Notes under the pieces: generated by a model | Told to the model about the DNA's origin: nothing | What the model saw: only the letters and a program-made list of their open reading frames with translations | The model's database searches: none | Shown here: positions 19,246 to 29,410 of the stretch, in pieces | Layout: each line of letters opens with the position of its first letter | Numbering within the stretch: the first letter of the stretch is position 1 | Program-made: the position numbers and the translations under genes | NCBI GenBank assembly: GCA_964423905.1 | Contig: CAYRGX010000012.1 | Coordinates: forward strand, 6,994 to 70,993 | Length of the DNA stretch: 64,000 nucleotides | Reading direction: 5' to 3' | Source: an uncultured Leptospirales bacterium | GTDB taxonomy: Bacteria; Spirochaetota; UBA4802; UBA5550

Positions 19246-19806
19246 ATGACAATCATCTGCGCGGTTCGCAAAAACGAAGAGTCGGTCATCGCGGCCGATA
19301 CGCGGGTCCATTACGGGGGGGAGATCATACCCGGCGACAATCTTCCCGTGACGAAGATCACGACGATCGGCGATTCCCTTGCCGGTTCTTCGGGCTGGGG
19401 GATATACGACAACATCCTCGAGGATTATCTCTCGAAAAAGGGGGCGTTCGCCCTTGACGGCATTGCCCCGATTTTCGCCTTCTTCATGAAATTCTGGCAG
19501 GAGCTGCACAAGAGCTATCATTTCGTGAACGACCAGTGCAGCGACAAGGAATCGCCCTTCGGCGACCTCGACTCGAAGTTCCTCATCGTGAACAGGACGG
19601 GAATCTATCTCGTTTCAGGGAACATGAGCGTCCGCCGCTTCGAGAAGTATTACGCGATTGGGGCCGGGTCCAGCTACAGCCTGGGCGCGCTCGACGTGCT
19701 CTATGAGACGCGCAGGGACGCGGCCTCGATCGCGCGCAGGGCGGTGCAGTCCGCGATCAAGTTCAACAACACCTGCGGCGGCGACATAGAGGTTCGGAAA
19801 GCCTGA
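19246..19806 (+). CDS. Ntn-hydrolase, proteasome-beta/HslV superfamily (BPH-like)
   Basis: Thr after Met (MTIICAVRK), IAADT, conserved K in VTKI, YAIGAGSSYSLGAL, and CGGDI at the C-terminus. Confidence 0.75.
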   Translation: MTIICAVRKNEESVIAADTRVHYGGEIIPGDNLPVTKITTIGDSLAGSSGWGIYDNILEDYLSKKGAFALDGIAPIFAFFMKFWQELHKSYHFVNDQCSDKESPFGDLDSKFLIVNRTGIYLVSGNMSVRRFEKYYAIGAGSSYSLGALDVLYETRRDAASIARRAVQSAIKFNNTCGGDIEVRKA

Positions 19807-19808
19807 TG

Positions 19809-20513
19809 CTAGCGGGAAGGGCCCGCGGCGGGCTTCTTCCCGCCCACGGTCAGTTTGGCTTTCTCCTTGCTCCACCTGAGCTCGATGCTCCTGTACCTGA
19901 AGGCTTTTGTAAAACGCGGCTGAAGCGCTTGCATGAGCTTCTGCGTTTCCTCGAACCTGCCCGGATCGTCCTGGTGCTTCGAGTAGAGGACGATCTCGGC
20001 GATGACGGTCGTGCCCACCCTGGGTACGGTGTAATTGATGATCGTGTGATCCAGAAGCTCCCTGTCCGGTGGCGCGGAGCCGCCGGCGAAGGCGCGCCAT
20101 GAAAGCTCCGGCACCACGGCCCGGGTTTCGTCGCGCCAGTTCCCGCTTCCGAGGTACTTATAGAACTTGAGCTTGTTCGAGCTGAACGATATGTACATGT
20201 CGTTTCCTTTCGCGCTGAAAATCGCGCACGAAACAATCTCCGGGTGGCACGAACACCCGGTGGTATACTGGAGGTACCCGTTGGCCAGGTCGACAATAAC
20301 GTTGAAGGCACCGGTCGTTCCGCGGGTTTTCCAGCGGATTGTGCCGTCACCCGCCGCCTCCCTTTCGATGAGCCAATCGGTGCCCTTCTTGCTCCAGATG
20401 ATGAAGGAGTTATAGTACGTGTCCACGCCCATGGATTTCGCCGCCGGCCGCGAGGGCGCGAAAAGGGCGGCGGTCGCAAGCACCAGGATTATCGAGGCAA
20501 TGCGTTTTTTCAC
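19809..20513 (-). CDS. Hypothetical secreted protein
   Basis: GTG start, signal peptide MKKRIASIILVLATAALFA; host-like codon usage. Confidence 0.6.
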   Translation of the reverse strand: MKKRIASIILVLATAALFAPSRPAAKSMGVDTYYNSFIIWSKKGTDWLIEREAAGDGTIRWKTRGTTGAFNVIVDLANGYLQYTTGCSCHPEIVSCAIFSAKGNDMYISFSSNKLKFYKYLGSGNWRDETRAVVPELSWRAFAGGSAPPDRELLDHTIINYTVPRVGTTVIAEIVLYSKHQDDPGRFEETQKLMQALQPRFTKAFRYRSIELRWSKEKAKLTVGGKKPAAGPSR

Positions 20514-20598
20514 GGTTTGATCTCCTGTCAGACAAGTATTTCCGAGCGGATGGCGGATTTTCACGCCATGCGGCCGGCGGCATGAGGCCGTAACCGGG

Positions 20599-21588
20599 TT
20601 ATGCGGGGATATGGCTTTCAGCACGCACGGTCCCCAGCGTGATGGCGTCCGCCGGACAACGACCTGCACAGAGCCCGCAACCCACGCAGAGATCGGCGGA
20701 CACGCGCGCGACATCCTCCAAGGCGATCGCCCCAACAGGGCAGACATCCGCACACTGGCCGCAGGCGGTGCAGGCCCCTTCGTCCACCTTCGCGAGGAAG
20801 CGGCTCGGCGACATTATCCATTTTTTGCCCGACGTCTTCACCAGGCGGAACATCTCGCAGCAGCAGCTGCAGCAGTTGCAGATGGCGTTGCCCATGCCCC
20901 TGTTCTCGGTCATGTGCACCAGACCGGCCTCTTCCGCTTTCGCGAGTATATCCCTCGCTTCTTCTTTTGTTACGGCCCTGCCGTGCCCCCTGTCGAGCGC
21001 GTAATCCGCCCCGCGGTCGAGCTGCAGGCAGGTTTCAACAGGCGCGTCGCATTTCTTCTGGCTGAGCCGGCATGGGCACCTGACGACCGCGAGCCTTTCC
21101 GCGCGGTCGACGATCTTGAGGCATTCCTCGATGGGAAGCACCCCCGACTGCGACGACACGGCCTGGTTCACGGGAATGACGCGCATGAACGAGGGCAGGG
21201 TAACGCCGTCGGGGAGCGAGGCGAGCATGCGGGGGAAATCCTCGTCCATGACGCCCTTCCAGAGGTTCATGAATCCGTCGTCCGCGCCTTCCCAGAGGAG
21301 GCTCGAGTCATGCAGCTGGATCAGATTTTTCGCGAGCTTGAAAATGACGGCCCCGTCTTTTTTCCCTTTGAACACGACCCCCTTGTGGAACAGGACGGCG
21401 AGCATCGCGTCGGCGGATTCCGCGCCCATCCCCGTAGTTGCGATGAGGCTGGTCCCGTTTCCGGGGAGTGCGAGTGCGAGCGCGGCCTCCTCCGGGGAGC
21501 AGAGTCTTTTCCAGATTTCCCTGAGTCTCTGCGATTGCGGCAGGGCAAGTTTTGCGCAGAGCTGGTCGTACAGGGCTTCGCTCGGCAT
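20599..21588 (-). CDS. Cys-rich 4Fe-4S binding protein (paralogue 1)
   Basis: CPCR...C...C, CNCCSCCC, then two CxxCxxCxxxCP ferredoxin motifs. Confidence 0.85.
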   Translation of the reverse strand: MPSEALYDQLCAKLALPQSQRLREIWKRLCSPEEAALALALPGNGTSLIATTGMGAESADAMLAVLFHKGVVFKGKKDGAVIFKLAKNLIQLHDSSLLWEGADDGFMNLWKGVMDEDFPRMLASLPDGVTLPSFMRVIPVNQAVSSQSGVLPIEECLKIVDRAERLAVVRCPCRLSQKKCDAPVETCLQLDRGADYALDRGHGRAVTKEEARDILAKAEEAGLVHMTENRGMGNAICNCCSCCCEMFRLVKTSGKKWIMSPSRFLAKVDEGACTACGQCADVCPVGAIALEDVARVSADLCVGCGLCAGRCPADAITLGTVRAESHIPA

Positions 21589-21816
21589 AGGGGCCTCCGT
21601 GAGGTGTTGTTCATGACTGCGGGTATCAATGCCTTATTCTTACGGAGGCGGGGATGCGTGTCAACTCGTTTACGCGATCCGGGAATGCCATGCCGGTTCA
21701 GCCTTCGCCCTTCGAGTGCTTAATCACTTGACCTCGCGCATCGGGATGGTATATGTGACAGAAAAAACGTCGGCAGCTTGATCAGCCGCCGACGAAACAG
21801 CGCTTGAGGTACACGC

Positions 21817-22950
21817 ATGGATGCACGCAACGACGTTTACGCCAGGCTGGCGGAGGTGTTCAGCACCGAGGCCATGATCGGCCCCGATAAAAACGAGTCC
21901 CTGCTCATGGAGCTTTTGCTCCACTGCTTCACGCCCGGGGAGGCGGAGATCGCCCTTCACCTGCCTTTCTTCTATAAAACGATACCGCTCGAAAAGGTGG
22001 CGAAGTCAGCCGGGAAAAAGCCCGGCGAGATAAAACCGCTCCTTGACGCCATGACGAAAAGAGGGGTCATCCGGGGGAGGGGCAAGGGTTATGCGCTTTT
22101 GCCCATCCTTCCCGGCCTCTTTGAAAACGTGCTCATGGACGGCGATGACGGGCCGTGGCATCGCGAGTTTGCGCGCATCGCGAACCGCCTCTACGAAACG
22201 GGCTACGTGCGCAAGTACCTGGAGCACCCCACCAGGGTGGTGCGGAGCATCCCCCTCGAAAGCGAGCTCGATTTGAGAAACGAGCATGTCGATCCGGACA
22301 GGATCGAGCAGATGATCCGCTCGCACGAGACCATCGCCGTGCTCGACAACTGCCAGTGCCGGCACGCGCGCCACCTGGAGGGCCACGACTGCAGGCGCGC
22401 GGACAGGCTGGACGGCTGCATCGCCTTCGGGTCCTTCGCGCGCCTCTACGCAGAGCGCGGCGGTGCGCGCCTGGTGGACCGGGACACCATGCGTGCGATC
22501 GTGCGCGACAGGATCGACAAGAAGCTCCTGTTCCTCGCGGGGAACGTCGCCGCAGGGAGCTCGAACCAGATCTGCACCTGCTGCGACTGTTGCTGCCACA
22601 TGCTGGGGCAGATCATCAGCTTCGATCCCGGCTTGATCGTCACCGCGCCCAAGTACCGCGCGGTAGTGGACGAATCGCGCTGCACCAACTGCGGAAAGTG
22701 CGTGGCCGCGTGCAACCTTCTGGCGCACGGGATGAAGGGCAAACGGCATACCTACGACCCGAAACGCTGCATCGGGTGCGGCCTCTGCGCGGGGGCGTGC
22801 AAGGCCGTGGCGATCGACATGGTGGAGAACGACGACTACCGGAAGCCCTCGGGCGGGTTCAAGCGCCTCGCGGTCAGGCTTGCGCCGTCCAAGGCCATGG
22901 CCGTCATTAAAAGCAAGATGAAAAAGCCCGATGCCGGAACGGCAGGGTAG
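21817..22950 (+). CDS. Cys-rich 4Fe-4S binding protein (paralogue 2)
   Basis: CQCR...C...C, CTCCDCCC, CTNCGKCVAAC, CIGCGLCAGAC. Confidence 0.85.
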   Translation: MDARNDVYARLAEVFSTEAMIGPDKNESLLMELLLHCFTPGEAEIALHLPFFYKTIPLEKVAKSAGKKPGEIKPLLDAMTKRGVIRGRGKGYALLPILPGLFENVLMDGDDGPWHREFARIANRLYETGYVRKYLEHPTRVVRSIPLESELDLRNEHVDPDRIEQMIRSHETIAVLDNCQCRHARHLEGHDCRRADRLDGCIAFGSFARLYAERGGARLVDRDTMRAIVRDRIDKKLLFLAGNVAAGSSNQICTCCDCCCHMLGQIISFDPGLIVTAPKYRAVVDESRCTNCGKCVAACNLLAHGMKGKRHTYDPKRCIGCGLCAGACKAVAIDMVENDDYRKPSGGFKRLAVRLAPSKAMAVIKSKMKKPDAGTAG

Positions 22951-22965
22951 CCTTGGAGGAAAGTC

Positions 22966-24072
22966 ATGGCGGAAAATAAGGTATGGATTGATTTCAAGAC
23001 CCTCGAAAGGTTCATGATCGACGTGTTCATGGGACTCGGGGTGCCCCCGGATGACGCGAAGATCTGCGCGGACGTGCTGATGGAGTCCGACAGGCGCGGC
23101 ATCGAATCGCACGGCATCAACCGGCTGAAGCCGATCTACTTCGACCGCATCAGGGACGGCATCCTCTTCCCGGTCACGGAATTCCAGGTGGTCCGAGAGG
23201 GGCCCACGACCGCGGTAGTGGACGGCCACAACGGCATGGGAATGGTGATTGCGAAAAGGGCCATGGACATGGCCATGGACAAGGCAGCGAAGTTCGGCAT
23301 GGGAATGGTAGCGGTACGCAATTCGAGCCACTACGGCATTGCGGGATATTACCCGCTCATGGCGTGCAGGCGCGGCATGATAGGCGTCACCGGCACGAAC
23401 GCTCGCCCCTCCATCGCGCCGACCTTCGGCGTGGAGAACATGCTCGGAACGAACCCCCTCGTGTTCGGCATGCCCACGGACGAGGACTTTCCCTTCGTGA
23501 TCGACTACGCCACCTCCATCACCCAGCGCGGAAAGATCGAGGTGTACGCCCGCGACGCCAAGACCATGCCCGCGGGCTGGGTGATCGACGAGAGCGGCGA
23601 GACCTTCACCGACCCATCGCGCGCGCTCAAGGCGCTGGTAAACGGTACCGCGGCTCTCTCGCCGCTCGGCGGCATCGGCGAGGACCTGGGCGGGTACAAG
23701 GGGTACGGCTACGCCGCGGTTGTTGAGATTCTGTCAGCGGCGCTGCAGGCGGGCAGCTTCATGAAGGCGCTCACCGGCTTCGAGGGCGGGAAGAAGATCC
23801 CCTACAGGCTGGGGCATTTTTTCATCGCGGTGGATATATCCTCATTTACCGAACCCGATTCGTTTAAAAAAACGGCGGGGGATATACTCCGCGCTCTCAG
23901 GGCCTCGAAGAAGATGCCGGGACAAGACCGCATCTACACCGCGGGAGAGAAGGAGCATATCGCCTGGCTCGAGCGCAAAGAGAAGGGCGTGCCCGTCAAC
24001 GAGAGCCTGCAAAAGGAGATTCTCTTCATGCAGAAGGAGCTCGGCCTTTCGGGATACGGGTTTCCTTTTTGA
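22966..24072 (+). CDS. Ldh_2 family (malate/L-lactate/sulfolactate-type) oxidoreductase
   Basis: GIESHG, VRNSSHYGIAGYY, GTNPL and GYKGYG motifs. Confidence 0.9.
   Translation: MAENKVWIDFKTLERFMIDVFMGLGVPPDDAKICADVLMESDRRGIESHGINRLKPIYFDRIRDGILFPVTEFQVVREGPTTAVVDGHNGMGMVIAKRAMDMAMDKAAKFGMGMVAVRNSSHYGIAGYYPLMACRRGMIGVTGTNARPSIAPTFGVENMLGTNPLVFGMPTDEDFPFVIDYATSITQRGKIEVYARDAKTMPAGWVIDESGETFTDPSRALKALVNGTAALSPLGGIGEDLGGYKGYGYAAVVEILSAALQAGSFMKALTGFEGGKKIPYRLGHFFIAVDISSFTEPDSFKKTAGDILRALRASKKMPGQDRIYTAGEKEHIAWLERKEKGVPVNESLQKEILFMQKELGLSGYGFPF
23498..23679 (+). repeat. 182-bp direct repeat, copy 1 (inside the Ldh_2 gene)
   Basis: Aligned by eye to 35731-35912: 177 of 182 positions identical. Confidence 0.95.
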
Positions 24073-24480
24073 TTTTCGATGGAGCAGGCAGCAGTCGATT
24101 AAGAATTGGTCTTTGAACCGGACGCCGATTGGCGTTTGCGGGTAAGTTGTGGCAGCGTATTCGAGAGCGATCATCTCATTGTCGTCATTGATGGACTGTC
24201 ACGTCTATCGTCATACCTCGGCAATATGACAGACTACGCTTGAAGCAATATACATACTATGTAATGCTAGGAATCTCATATTATTGTGTTATGTGGTATA
24301 CAGCTATCCCTCGTTGATGCAGTACATCAATATAAATAGTGGGCCTCTCTTCATAATGTCCAGCAGCCGATTATCATTAGATATATCCAACCATTATTAA
24401 ATATTGCCATTAACTGTGGTGTTTGCTACATTTATCATGGCAAGGGAATTACATCGAAACTCATAAATAGGAGGCGTAAA

Positions 24481-24690
24481 ATGAAATATGGTGCGCAAAA
24501 CAATATTGTCGCGAAAGTCAAAAAGATCAAGAGCGGAGATATCATGTCACAGGTAACCTTTGATGTGATTTCGGCCACTGAAATGAGCTCTGTTCTGACT
24601 GTTGACTCGGTCAATTCCCTTGAGTTAAAACCTGGCGACACGGTGCATCTTATCATCAAGGCCATACATGTTTTGCCGGTAAAAGAGTAA
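24481..24690 (+). CDS. Molbindin / TOBE-domain protein (Mop-like)
   Basis: MKYGAQNNIVAKVKKI, SSVLTVDSVNSLELKPGDTV and IKA motifs; AGGAGG RBS. Confidence 0.85.
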   Translation: MKYGAQNNIVAKVKKIKSGDIMSQVTFDVISATEMSSVLTVDSVNSLELKPGDTVHLIIKAIHVLPVKE

Positions 24691-24743
24691 GCCAGGTTTC
24701 GACTGTCGGTTAATCTGCTGGTTGAGCGAGCGATTGTATTAAT

Positions 24744-24814
24744 CTGAGGGTCAAGGATTCGAACCTTGGTTTGTGGGGCCAGAACCCACCGTCCTGCCGT
24801 TGAACGATCCCTCA
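24744..24814 (-). tRNA. tRNA-Gln (anticodon CUG), 71 nt, no encoded CCA
   Basis: Cloverleaf folded by hand: acceptor TGAGGGA/ACCCTCA (7:66 A-A mismatch), D stem GTTC/GGAC, anticodon stem GTGGG-TTCTGGC-CCCAC, T arm CAAGG-TTCGAAT-CCTTG. Confidence 0.9.
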
Positions 24815-25328
24815 TTAAGTTATACATGTATTCACGATGGCGAGTCCCTTCATGCATACATGTATATGCAATTGGAGAGTTATCCCAACATCTTGCGGGC
24901 GATCCTGTATGCCGTACGCTTTAGCGAGGGAATATCCATGGCGAAGAGCGACAGTGCTAGATCATGCCGACCATCTCGACCTTCTTTCCATCGACATTAA
25001 GTAAATGTAGGCGGTCCGAAGATATTGAAACATCCAGCATGTTTTAAAGCTTAAATGATAATACTTACCGGCTTGACAAATCGAGAATCGCCATAAAACG
25101 CATTAATCTAAGAGATAATTTGATTTACCTAATGCCTGTCGCACGTAACTGGTTCGGCTGATACTTATATTAGCAATGACAATCAGTCTCATAGATGATA
25201 GTTCAAATGCATGTATCCACTTAGCACCGCCATATATATTAGTCCCTTGTCAATTGGTTGTATATCACAGTTATTAAGTGGTGCACTTCATAACAGAATC
25301 CGGGTAATCAATCATTGATATATCGTAC

Positions 25329-27293
25329 TTATGCTTCAAGTATAGCATCAGGTACAAGTGGGTCTTTGTTTAAATTGGTCTCTCCATTTTCCTGATTAAC
25401 ATGCTTCATGTGGGGAAAATGCATTGCCAAGGCAAATTCCCGTTCGAACGACTCATGTGACGTCAGTTCTAGATAGCAGATATCATCGGCGATTAATTTT
25501 GCTTCCTCACGCCGTCGGTGATCTATGAGGGCTGCAATGGCTCCTTCTCCGGCGGCGTTCCCCACCGTAAGAACAGAGTCAATGGGGCAGAAGGGATATA
25601 ATCCGATTTGCGCGGCGGATATGGGATTTATGACATTCCCGAACGATCCGGCAATCAAAACGGCACCGATGGAGTCAATACCGGCATGCTTCATCAGCAG
25701 TCTTGAAGCGGCATATAGGGCCCCTTTTGCGAGCTGCACCGCTCTTATATCGTCGATTGTTACGACTATTATCTCCCTGCTGAAGGATTCGTTTTCATAA
25801 GCGATTATATATTGTGGTCCGTTGTCCGTGATCTGCAAACGCGCAAAATTACGGTCGGTGTCGAACCTTCCATCCTTTTTTACGATGCCGGCGATAAAGA
25901 GTTGCGCAACTGCGTCGATTATGCCAGACCCACAGATACCCTTAGCCGGTGGGATAGGGGCTTCACAGCTCCAGAAATCACAACCTATCACCTTGAACTT
26001 CACATCCCCTGTCTCTTTGTCGATGATTACTTTTTCTATTGCACCGGGAGCGCCCCTCATTCCATGGAGAATCATTGCACCCTCAAAAGCGGGGCCGGTG
26101 GCGCATGACGTACAGTAGAGCTTTTTCCCGTTCCACAGGACGATTTCCCCGTTCGTTCCGATATCGATGATCAGGGCGGATTTATACCTTTGCAGATCCA
26201 GTTCAGATAGCAATACCCCGATAGTGTCCGATCCTACGAAAGCCGAAACTACGGGAAGAGCATGAACGTCCGCTCCTGGAGCAATGTCAATTCCCAGATC
26301 CCGGGCCTTCAGTGTCCAGGGACTTGTTATTTGGGGAGTAAAGGGAGCCGTACCGAGCGGTGAAGTGTCAAGGCCCAGCGCGCTGTGATGCATGAATGTA
26401 TTGCCCACTATCGTCATATCGACTATCTGTGACGGGTCGATCCCACCATCCATCGCGGCCTTTCCAATGGTTTCATTGATTCCATCGATAACGGCCTCTC
26501 GCATCCGTTCCCGTTCTTCCGGTCCACCGGCCGAGTATGCGATTCGCGTAATAACATCATCGCCGTACCTCACCTGGGGATTTATCATTGCTGCGGTCGC
26601 GACGACTTCACCGCTTGCGAGGTCGCAAAGATACGCCGCCAGCGATGTGGTCCCGATATCAAAGGCTATACCGAAATAATGGGGATCATTTTCATCGCGA
26701 CGAAGGTGCACGATCTCATCGGACCGATTTATATATACCGAGACGTCGGAGGACGTTCTGGAGGGATTGTGTCCAAAATCATTCAGTGCCGCGATGTCAA
26801 TGGAAGCAGGAATGATATTATGCTGATCACTCAATGCCCTGCAGATTTTTTCATATTCCGAGGACGCGACAATGCCGGGCATTAATTCAACTCGGTAACG
26901 GCGAACATGAGGAAACAGATGCCTTGTGTATCGGCTGACAGTTTTATGTATGATATGGCGCTCGTTCTTGCTTTCTTCGGGGATGAAGATCACAACGTTT
27001 TCGGTAATTAGTGCAAGACAGGCCAATCGTAAACCCCGGAGTTCGGGATTCCATGAAAAAAACTCCGCTTCCCTTTGACACATGGGGGATACGGGAGGCG
27101 CGCAGGCATCGCCGGGATTCATCACCCTGACCCTGCACTTGCCGCAAAGTCCATTTCCGCCGCAGTGGTTTTTCAGGTCCGCTCCCAATGCGAGGGCAGC
27201 ATCCATCACTGTTATCCCGGAGCTGAAAGTGCCCCGCAACCCGGAGGGCTCAAAAACGACCGTACATGTGCGGGACAATGAGGCTCGTTTCAT
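25329..27293 (-). CDS. ASKHA (DUF4445) reductive activator of corrinoid proteins with N-terminal 2Fe-2S domain (RACo-like)
   Basis: CGGNGLCGKC, RLAC, AFDIGTTS, IDIGTNGEI, CATGPAFEG, GICGSG and GNAAGEGA motifs. Confidence 0.92.
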   Translation of the reverse strand: MKRASLSRTCTVVFEPSGLRGTFSSGITVMDAALALGADLKNHCGGNGLCGKCRVRVMNPGDACAPPVSPMCQREAEFFSWNPELRGLRLACLALITENVVIFIPEESKNERHIIHKTVSRYTRHLFPHVRRYRVELMPGIVASSEYEKICRALSDQHNIIPASIDIAALNDFGHNPSRTSSDVSVYINRSDEIVHLRRDENDPHYFGIAFDIGTTSLAAYLCDLASGEVVATAAMINPQVRYGDDVITRIAYSAGGPEERERMREAVIDGINETIGKAAMDGGIDPSQIVDMTIVGNTFMHHSALGLDTSPLGTAPFTPQITSPWTLKARDLGIDIAPGADVHALPVVSAFVGSDTIGVLLSELDLQRYKSALIIDIGTNGEIVLWNGKKLYCTSCATGPAFEGAMILHGMRGAPGAIEKVIIDKETGDVKFKVIGCDFWSCEAPIPPAKGICGSGIIDAVAQLFIAGIVKKDGRFDTDRNFARLQITDNGPQYIIAYENESFSREIIVVTIDDIRAVQLAKGALYAASRLLMKHAGIDSIGAVLIAGSFGNVINPISAAQIGLYPFCPIDSVLTVGNAAGEGAIAALIDHRRREEAKLIADDICYLELTSHESFEREFALAMHFPHMKHVNQENGETNLNKDPLVPDAILEA

Positions 27294-29380
27294 TATTTCC
27301 GATGATCACGTTTTACTAATCTCGCCACGAGTGTTCTGCTGGGAGGGAATCCACTGACGGGATCGAGGTCACTGTTGTCGGTGAGCTCGTTTGCGTTTGC
27401 CTCTGGCCATCCCTGAGGGATGCGCAAATTGCCGGGAAGAATCGCCTCGCTTATGCTGGCATTCAATGTAATACTACCACGGGGTGACTCAACTGAAATC
27501 GCTTCACCGTCAGAGATGTTCAACTGTCGAGCCGTTTCCGGATGAATTTCAACGATCGGCCCTTTGCTCTTCTCGACCAGGTACGGAATATTGTGATACC
27601 TGCTGTTGATGAATTCCAGCGTTCGCGATCCGGCGGTGAGGGTAAAGGGATACTCATTGCCGATCCCCGGGTTGCCGTGAGGGCTTTCCGATGTTTCTCG
27701 AAACAAGGGGAGCGGATCGTAACCATGAATCTCTAAGCGTTCCGAATAGAGCTCAACCTTTCCGGAGGGCGTATTGAACCCTCTGGTCATATATTTTTTT
27801 TCGGTTATTCTGGCGTATTCATGCCCTCGAGGCATTTGTTTCAATTCCTCCAAGGTGATTCCCAGTGGCTTAATGCGGTGATTCAGAATTTCCTCTTCGG
27901 TGTTCCAGGGAAACGCTTCGTCCATGCCCAGTTTCTTTGCCAGCTTCAGGAAAATGAGAACATTGGACATACTATTCCCGTCTTCCATTACGGGAGGTGA
28001 ATAGCCAATACGGGGAATGCCGTAATAATTTGAAGAAATCCAGAATTCATTGCATGACCAGTAAGACGCAGAAGGGAGAATGATATCGGCCAACTGCGCC
28101 GATTCGTTCATGTACTGTTCCATCACCACAAGCAGATCCAATCCGCTCAGCGCCTTCTTTACGCGCGAGGCGTTGGCCCACGACATTATCGGGTTTGCAC
28201 CAGCCACTATCATTCCTTTCAGTGGATAGGGGATGCCGTCAAGTATGGCGTCGCAGAAAAGGTTGGCCTGGGCCTGGCCGGTAAATTCATGAAAAAGTGG
28301 ATACCTGTCGCTGCCGATGGCGGGCTTCGCGGAATTGACCGGCAGTGTCAGCGGATCGAGTTGTGGTGGGGGTATAAATATGCTGCCGCCCCGCACATCG
28401 AGATTGCCGGTGATCGCTTGCAGAAAGGCAATGGCCCGTGTTGTCTGGAACCCATTCGTGTGCATTTCCAGGGAGTTTCCGGGATAGATGCACGCGGTCT
28501 TCGCGGCGGCATATTCCCGAGCCGCTCTGAGGATCATGTCAGCAGGAACGCCGCTAATTTTTCCAGCCCATTCCGGTGTGAAGGTTCTGCAGTGTTCCGC
28601 CAGGCGATCAAAGCCAATGGTCCATTGTGAAACGAAATCCTCATCATAAAGGTTTTCCATTATAATGACGTGGATCATGGCCAACACAAGAGCGCAATCG
28701 CTCCCCGGCCGGGGCTGAAGAAAAAAATCCGCCTTTCCCGACAATTCCTGTTTTTTTGTATCCACGACCATGAGTTTAGAGCCTTTTTTTAATCCTTCGC
28801 GAATACAGATAACCTGGGGCGGGCAGGTATTATGAGGATTGTACCCCCAAAGTACGATAAAATTGCTATTTTCATAATCAGGGAAGCCTCCAGCGCCGTA
28901 GGTCAATACGCTTGCCATGGTTTTTGACATATGGCAATGGCTTCCGGCAGTGGAAAAGTTAGGCGATCCGAACGCCTGGGTAAAGCGTTCGGCCACCGGC
29001 CAGAATTCCTTGTAGACCCCGGTCTGGCCGATGTTGACCGCCAGGGCCTCCGGTCCGAATGATTTCTTCAGCCTCACCAGTTCCCCGGAGATGTAATCGA
29101 ACGCGTTCTCCCATGATATCTCCTCGAATCCGCCGTCCTTTCTTTTTTTCATCGGAGCCTTCACCCTGTCAGGCGAGTTGATGATTTCGGTCGCAGCCCT
29201 TCCCTTTGGACAGATATGTCCCTTCGATATGAAATGATCCCCATCACCTGATACACCGGTGAGTTTGCCGCCGTTTATTTCCAGCTTAAGGCCGCAATAA
29301 CCAAAGCATAACCCGCAGACCGTGTTTTTTGTCTCAGCATGATCCGCTCCTTGTTTTTTCATTTCGTTAGTTTTACTCAT
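27293..29380 (-). CDS. Cytoplasmic Mo/W-bis-PGD oxidoreductase, acetylene-hydratase-like branch of the DMSO reductase family
   Basis: CGLCFGYC...CPKG 4Fe-4S motif, NFSTAGSHC, LQPRPGSD, ADIILP, GFNTPSGKVEL, EIHPETA; no Tat signal. Confidence 0.88.
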   Translation of the reverse strand: MSKTNEMKKQGADHAETKNTVCGLCFGYCGLKLEINGGKLTGVSGDGDHFISKGHICPKGRAATEIINSPDRVKAPMKKRKDGGFEEISWENAFDYISGELVRLKKSFGPEALAVNIGQTGVYKEFWPVAERFTQAFGSPNFSTAGSHCHMSKTMASVLTYGAGGFPDYENSNFIVLWGYNPHNTCPPQVICIREGLKKGSKLMVVDTKKQELSGKADFFLQPRPGSDCALVLAMIHVIIMENLYDEDFVSQWTIGFDRLAEHCRTFTPEWAGKISGVPADMILRAAREYAAAKTACIYPGNSLEMHTNGFQTTRAIAFLQAITGNLDVRGGSIFIPPPQLDPLTLPVNSAKPAIGSDRYPLFHEFTGQAQANLFCDAILDGIPYPLKGMIVAGANPIMSWANASRVKKALSGLDLLVVMEQYMNESAQLADIILPSASYWSCNEFWISSNYYGIPRIGYSPPVMEDGNSMSNVLIFLKLAKKLGMDEAFPWNTEEEILNHRIKPLGITLEELKQMPRGHEYARITEKKYMTRGFNTPSGKVELYSERLEIHGYDPLPLFRETSESPHGNPGIGNEYPFTLTAGSRTLEFINSRYHNIPYLVEKSKGPIVEIHPETARQLNISDGEAISVESPRGSITLNASISEAILPGNLRIPQGWPEANANELTDNSDLDPVSGFPPSRTLVARLVKRDHRK

Positions 29381-29410
29381 AGGAGTTCTCCTTTCCGGAT
29401 TATATCGGAA

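Noticed and set aside
19246-19806. hslV gene call
   Set aside because: There is no adjacent hslU, and the central region departs from HslV.
27293-29380. Annotation as acetylene hydratase, formate dehydrogenase or nitrate reductase
   Set aside because: Phe replaces the AH catalytic Asp, and the FDH and Nap active-site motifs and partner subunits are absent.
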